Position numbers and translations under genes: made by a program. 64,000 nucleotides of DNA from an uncultured Candidatus Rokubacteria bacterium (lineage in GTDB: Bacteria; Methylomirabilota; Methylomirabilia; Rokubacteriales; CSP1-6), in the NCBI GenBank assembly GCA_963771355.1, contig CAVYTA010000006.1:1760001-1824000 (forward strand). The letters run 5' to 3'. Under the pieces are notes generated by a model, which worked only from the letters and a program-made list of their open reading frames with translations, ran no database searches and was not told the origin of the DNA. Positions 60,195-64,000 of the stretch are shown piece after piece (position 1 is the first letter of the stretch; each line of letters begins with the position of its first letter).

Positions 60195-60875
60195 ATGGAG
60201 CTCCCCATCGAAATCGAGGTGCCGGACGGGCCGCGCCTCGAGGCCCGGCTGGCCGAGCCTCCCGCCGCCACCGCCGGCCTGGTCCTCTGCCATCCCCACC
60301 CCCTCTATGGCGGAGACATGGACAATCCCGTCATCGTGCGCGCCGCCGAAGTGACGCAGGGCCTGGGGCTCATGACCCTTCGGTTCAATTTCCGCGGGGT
60401 CGGGGCCTCTGGGGGCACCCATGGCGCCGGCAACGCCGAAGAGGATGACGTCCGGGCGGCGCTCGGGCGGGCCCGGGCGGCCCTCCCGGCGAACGCGCCC
60501 CTCGGCCTGCTGGGATATTCCTTCGGGGCCTGGGTCGCCGCCCGCGTCGCCGCGAAGCCCTCCGCGCATGCGCTGCCGCTGTGCCTGGTGGCACCGCCGC
60601 TCAGCATGGTCGACTGGACCACCGTCCCCACGGGGGCCACGCCGCTGCTCATCGTCGCGGGCACGCGCGACCAGTACTGTCCCCTGCCCGACCTCGAGCG
60701 CTTCACCGCGCGGCTACCCGGGGCCCGCACCGCCATCATCGAAGGCGCCGATCACTTCTTCTTCGGGAAGCTTTTTCCGTTGGGGCTGGAGGTGGAACGC
60801 TGGCTACGGGAATGGGCCGGCGGCGGCTCAGCCGCGCTGTCGGGGGAGCCGGGGGGGCGAAGCGGTGCCGGCTGA
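60195..60875 (+). CDS. Alpha/beta hydrolase
   Basis: CHPHPLYGGDMDN, RFNFRGVG, GYSFG, GADHFF. Confidence 0.9.
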   Translation: MELPIEIEVPDGPRLEARLAEPPAATAGLVLCHPHPLYGGDMDNPVIVRAAEVTQGLGLMTLRFNFRGVGASGGTHGAGNAEEDDVRAALGRARAALPANAPLGLLGYSFGAWVAARVAAKPSAHALPLCLVAPPLSMVDWTTVPTGATPLLIVAGTRDQYCPLPDLERFTARLPGARTAIIEGADHFFFGKLFPLGLEVERWLREWAGGGSAALSGEPGGRSGAG

Positions 60876-61427
60876 GAGGATGATGCGGATACCCTCCTCC
60901 ACGCTGAGCCCGGTGGCGAGGGCGTCCTCCCGCGGCACCACCACCACGTCGCCGAGATAGAGATTGTTGGTGGGCACGAACACCGTCACCATCTGCCGCT
61001 TGCCCTCGGGGAGCTCCACGAGGATCTCGGAGGTCACGAAGCCGAACACGTATTCGCCCTTGCGCGGGTGCTCGGCGAGGACGACTTCCTTGAAGGAGCC
61101 GCGCTTCTCGGGTGAGAAGGACGCCAGCAGCTCCTTGACGGTCGGGTAGATGCTGCGGAAGATCGGCACGTGCGAGAGCCCCCGCTCGATCCGGGCGAGG
61201 ATGCGCCGCCCCACCACGTTGGTGGCGATGGTGCCCATCACCAGGATGAGCGCGATGGCGGTGAGGAAGCCGAGGCCGGGGATCCGACGCCCGAAGATCT
61301 GCTGGTATCCGGGAGAAAAGAAGCTGTCGATCGCGTCCCAGAACACGTACAGGAGCCACGCGGTGGCGATGGCGGGGACGGTGACGAAGAAGCCTGTGAT
61401 GAACCGGACTTTCAACCAGTTCTTCAC
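60828..61427 (-). CDS. DUF502 membrane protein
   Basis: FITGFFVTVP, VPIFRSIY, VFVPTNN, SVEEGIRIILSAG. Confidence 0.85.
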   Translation of the reverse strand: MKNWLKVRFITGFFVTVPAIATAWLLYVFWDAIDSFFSPGYQQIFGRRIPGLGFLTAIALILVMGTIATNVVGRRILARIERGLSHVPIFRSIYPTVKELLASFSPEKRGSFKEVVLAEHPRKGEYVFGFVTSEILVELPEGKRQMVTVFVPTNNLYLGDVVVVPREDALATGLSVEEGIRIILSAGTASPPRLPRQRG

Positions 61428-61447
61428 CGGCCCCTCATAGCGGCCCG

Positions 61448-62203
61448 ATGAAATCACGCGCAACGCGGCAAGTCAAGAAACTGGCGGGAAAGGGGGCTCT
61501 CGTCACCGGCGGCGCCGCGCGCGTGGGACGTGCCATCGCGCTGGCGCTCGCGCGCGAGGGCTCCGATGTGGCGGTGGGCTATCACGCATCATCGGCGGCC
61601 GCGCGCGCCACCGTGGCCGACCTCGAGGCGCTCGGCGTGCGTGCGGTGGCCCTCCGCGCCGATCTCGCGAAGCCCGCCGCCGCGCGCGCGCTGGTGGCCG
61701 CGGCCGCGCGCCGGCTGGGACGGCTCGACGTCCTCGTCAACAATGCCGCCGTCTTCTTCCGCACCCCGCTCGCCGATACGACGCCCGCCCAGTTCGACCG
61801 GCTCATCGCCGTGAACCTGCGCGGGGCCTTCTTCTGCGCTCAGGCGGCGGCGCGCCTCATGCCGGGGGGAGGGCGCATCGTCAATATCGCGGACGTGGGC
61901 GGGGTGCGCGCGTGGCCGGGCTATATCCCCTACGGCATCTCCAAGGCCGGTGTGCTCATGCTCACGCGCGGACTGGCGGTCGCGCTGGCGCCGCGCATCC
62001 AGGTCAACGCGGTGGGGCCGGGCGTGGTGCTCCTGCCCGAACACTTCCCGCGGGAGCGGGCGCGACGGATCCGGGCCCGCATCCCCATGGGTCGCCACGG
62101 CCGCCCCGAGGACGTCGCCGCCGCCGTCTGTTTCTTCGCCACCTGCCCCGACTACATCACCGGCCAGGCGCTGTTCGTGGACGGGGGCGTGCTCGCGGTC
62201 TGA
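61448..62203 (+). CDS. SDR, pteridine-reductase (FolM/PTR1)-like
   Basis: TGGAARVG, GYHAS, NNAAVF, IVNIAD, YGISKAG, LAPRIQVNAVGPG. Confidence 0.78.
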   Translation: MKSRATRQVKKLAGKGALVTGGAARVGRAIALALAREGSDVAVGYHASSAAARATVADLEALGVRAVALRADLAKPAAARALVAAAARRLGRLDVLVNNAAVFFRTPLADTTPAQFDRLIAVNLRGAFFCAQAAARLMPGGGRIVNIADVGGVRAWPGYIPYGISKAGVLMLTRGLAVALAPRIQVNAVGPGVVLLPEHFPRERARRIRARIPMGRHGRPEDVAAAVCFFATCPDYITGQALFVDGGVLAV

Positions 62204-63097
62204 TCAGCCGCGCAGCCGCAGCGCGCCCGCGCAGACGGTGACCTCGAAGGGCGAGGCGCCCCAGGGCTCGCCGTCCAGCTGCAGCGGTACCGGCGCGTCG
62301 CTCGTGACCGCCACCGAGCGCGCGCGTTCCCGCGTGACACGCGGATGGCGGAGGTGGCCGCCCCAGTACAGCGTGGGAAGCCAGCAGGTCAGCTCCACGC
62401 GGCTCAGCACCCCCAGCACCACCAGGTCCAGCATTCCGTCGGTGGCATCGGCGCCCGGCGCCACCCGCATGCCGCCGCCGAAACAGGGCCCGTTGGCGAT
62501 GACCACTCCGGTGACCGACCGCGGGCGCGCGGGGGCCCCGTCCACGGACAGGCTCAGCGTCCAGGGTCGATGCGCGCGAAGGCTGGCCGCCACCGCACGG
62601 AGATAGGGCACGGAGCCCCGCCCCGGCGTGGACGCCGCGCGCGCGGCCACCACCGCGTCGAATCCCGCGCCGGCAACGGTCAGGAAGAAGCGCTGGCGGT
62701 TGTCGCGGCGCACGAGGCCCAGATCGCGCCGAGTCTCGCCCCCGTGCACGAGGCGCGCGGCGGCACGGCCGGGATCGCGGGGCAGCCCCAGCGTTCGCGC
62801 CGCATCACGCCCGCGGCCGGTGAGAAGCGCGCCGACGGCGGCGAGCGGGCGGCCGTCCTCGCCGGTGACTCCATTGATGACTTCGTTGAGGGTCCCGTCT
62901 CCGCCCACGGCGACGATCAGCTCCGCGCCCGCCGCCACCGCGGCCGCCGCCAGAACCCGGCCGTCGCCGGGAGCGCGCGTCTGCACGTGATCGCACGGCA
63001 GGCCGAGACGGCGCAGGCGGTCGCGAAGATCCGGCCAGAGACGCGCGGTACGCCCGCCGCCCGCGACGGGATTGACGACGGCGAGCGCGCGCGTCAG
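62204..63097 (-). CDS. Diacylglycerol/lipid kinase family (YegS-like), probable CTG start
   Basis: VVNPVAGGG lies in frame upstream of the tracked GTG; GGDGTLNEV, GAGFDA, QLDGE. Confidence 0.85.
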   Translation of the reverse strand: MTRALAVVNPVAGGGRTARLWPDLRDRLRRLGLPCDHVQTRAPGDGRVLAAAAVAAGAELIVAVGGDGTLNEVINGVTGEDGRPLAAVGALLTGRGRDAARTLGLPRDPGRAAARLVHGGETRRDLGLVRRDNRQRFFLTVAGAGFDAVVAARAASTPGRGSVPYLRAVAASLRAHRPWTLSLSVDGAPARPRSVTGVVIANGPCFGGGMRVAPGADATDGMLDLVVLGVLSRVELTCWLPTLYWGGHLRHPRVTRERARSVAVTSDAPVPLQLDGEPWGASPFEVTVCAGALRLRG

Positions 63098-63768
63098 TCG
63101 CGGCCGCCGCCCATCGCGCGGAGGAAATCGGTCATGGACGGAAAGCGCATCATCGGGTTCCCGCGCTTCTCGTCGCCGATGGTGGTGTGGGAGCCGCCGT
63201 AGTTGTGTCCCGGCAGGACCACGGTGGCATCCGGGAGCGCGCCGAGCCGCTGGGTGAGCGACCGGTACATTTCCGACGGATCACTGCCGGGCAGATCGGT
63301 CCGGCCGCACGAGCGAATGAACAGCGTGTCACCGGAGACGAGGCGCCCGTCCACGAGGAAGCACTGGGAGCCGGGCGTGTGGCCGGGAGTATGGATGAAG
63401 GTCAGTGGAACATTGCCCACCGCGAGCGTGTCGCCGCCTTCGACCTTCACGAGATCCGAGCCGAAGCCTCGGAGGAACTCGCGCTCCGCCTTGTGCACGT
63501 GCACCTTGGCGGGGTTCTTCTCGAGGAGCTCCGCCACTCCGGGGATATCGTGGCCGAAGAGGTGGCCGCCGACATGATCTTGATGCGTATGGGTGATGAG
63601 CACGTCGCGGATCCGCATGTCGTCGGCGGCCGCCTCCGCGAGGATGGCGTCGATCTCCCAGGCGGGGTCGACCACCACGCACTCCCGCGTCTCGGGATCG
63701 CCGATCAGGTACACGAAGTTCTGCATGGGCCCGAGCTCGAGCTGCTTGATGTAGACGCCGGTGCTCAT
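63094..63768 (-). CDS. MBL-fold hydrolase (glyoxalase II-like)
   Basis: NFVYLIGD, THTHQDH, HTPGHTPGS, GDTLF, PGHNY. Confidence 0.9.
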   Translation of the reverse strand: MSTGVYIKQLELGPMQNFVYLIGDPETRECVVVDPAWEIDAILAEAAADDMRIRDVLITHTHQDHVGGHLFGHDIPGVAELLEKNPAKVHVHKAEREFLRGFGSDLVKVEGGDTLAVGNVPLTFIHTPGHTPGSQCFLVDGRLVSGDTLFIRSCGRTDLPGSDPSEMYRSLTQRLGALPDATVVLPGHNYGGSHTTIGDEKRGNPMMRFPSMTDFLRAMGGGRD

Positions 63769-63777
63769 GGCCCCATG

Positions 63778-64000
63778 CTAGCGCAGTTCCAGCACCGCTT
63801 CGAGGAGGCGGCGCGCGGCCGGGCTCGTCCAGTCGTGCCCGCCGACCAGCCGGGCCAGCAGCCGGCCCTGCCGATCCACCACGTAGGCGGTGGGCGGCCC
63901 CCAGACCCCGTAGAGGCGGCCGGTGACGTCCCCGCTCGCGTCCAGGAGCACGGGCGCCACGTAGCCGCGCTCGCGGGCGACGCGCTTCACCAAAGCCGCA
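63778..64000 (-). CDS. TlpA/redoxin-family protein, C-terminal part only
   Basis: PVLLDASG..YGVWGPPTAYVVDRQG..DW; N-terminus outside window. Confidence 0.75.
   Translation of the reverse strand, partial: AALVKRVARERGYVAPVLLDASGDVTGRLYGVWGPPTAYVVDRQGRLLARLVGGHDWTSPAARRLLEAVLELR

Noticed and set aside
63778..64000. Possible second selenoprotein (TlpA-like)
   Set aside because: The CxxC/UxxC region lies outside the window and cannot be assessed

Overview
High-GC bacterial chromosomal window from a diderm (complete tol-pal locus, lgt, mlaC). Gene style resembles Candidatus Rokubacteria/Methylomirabilota, which is an impression, not a tested assignment. It holds about 75 CDS and one tRNA(CAT); no integrase, transposase, prophage or CRISPR-cas was seen. 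Highlights: (1) a translationally coupled GT4 glycosyltransferase - PTPS - PTPS - folE - SDR operon resembling a pterin (BH4-like) glycoside pathway; (2) a UGSC-motif selenoprotein, split at UGA by the ORF track, with a SECIS-like hairpin, at the end of a MoxR/VWA/DUF3047 run; (3) a DUF547-radical SAM fusion inside a tautomerase/aldolase/ABC/LLM/enolase/DHODH-like operon; (4) a Fur/PerR-rubrerythrin-FeS oxidoreductase-DUF3501-cytochrome c cluster with a Fur-box-like array; (5) a ~68% acidic microprotein with a strong promoter beside the tRNA; (6) an untracked Cys/Trp-rich peptide ending in GG; (7) a MoaD read-through (probable MoaD-MoaE fusion); (8) two probable CTG starts; (9) a 4-copy intergenic repeat. 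Several single-base frameshifts (thyX-like, pal, an ABC ATPase) look like assembly indels. All family calls come from reading motifs by eye; no searches were run.
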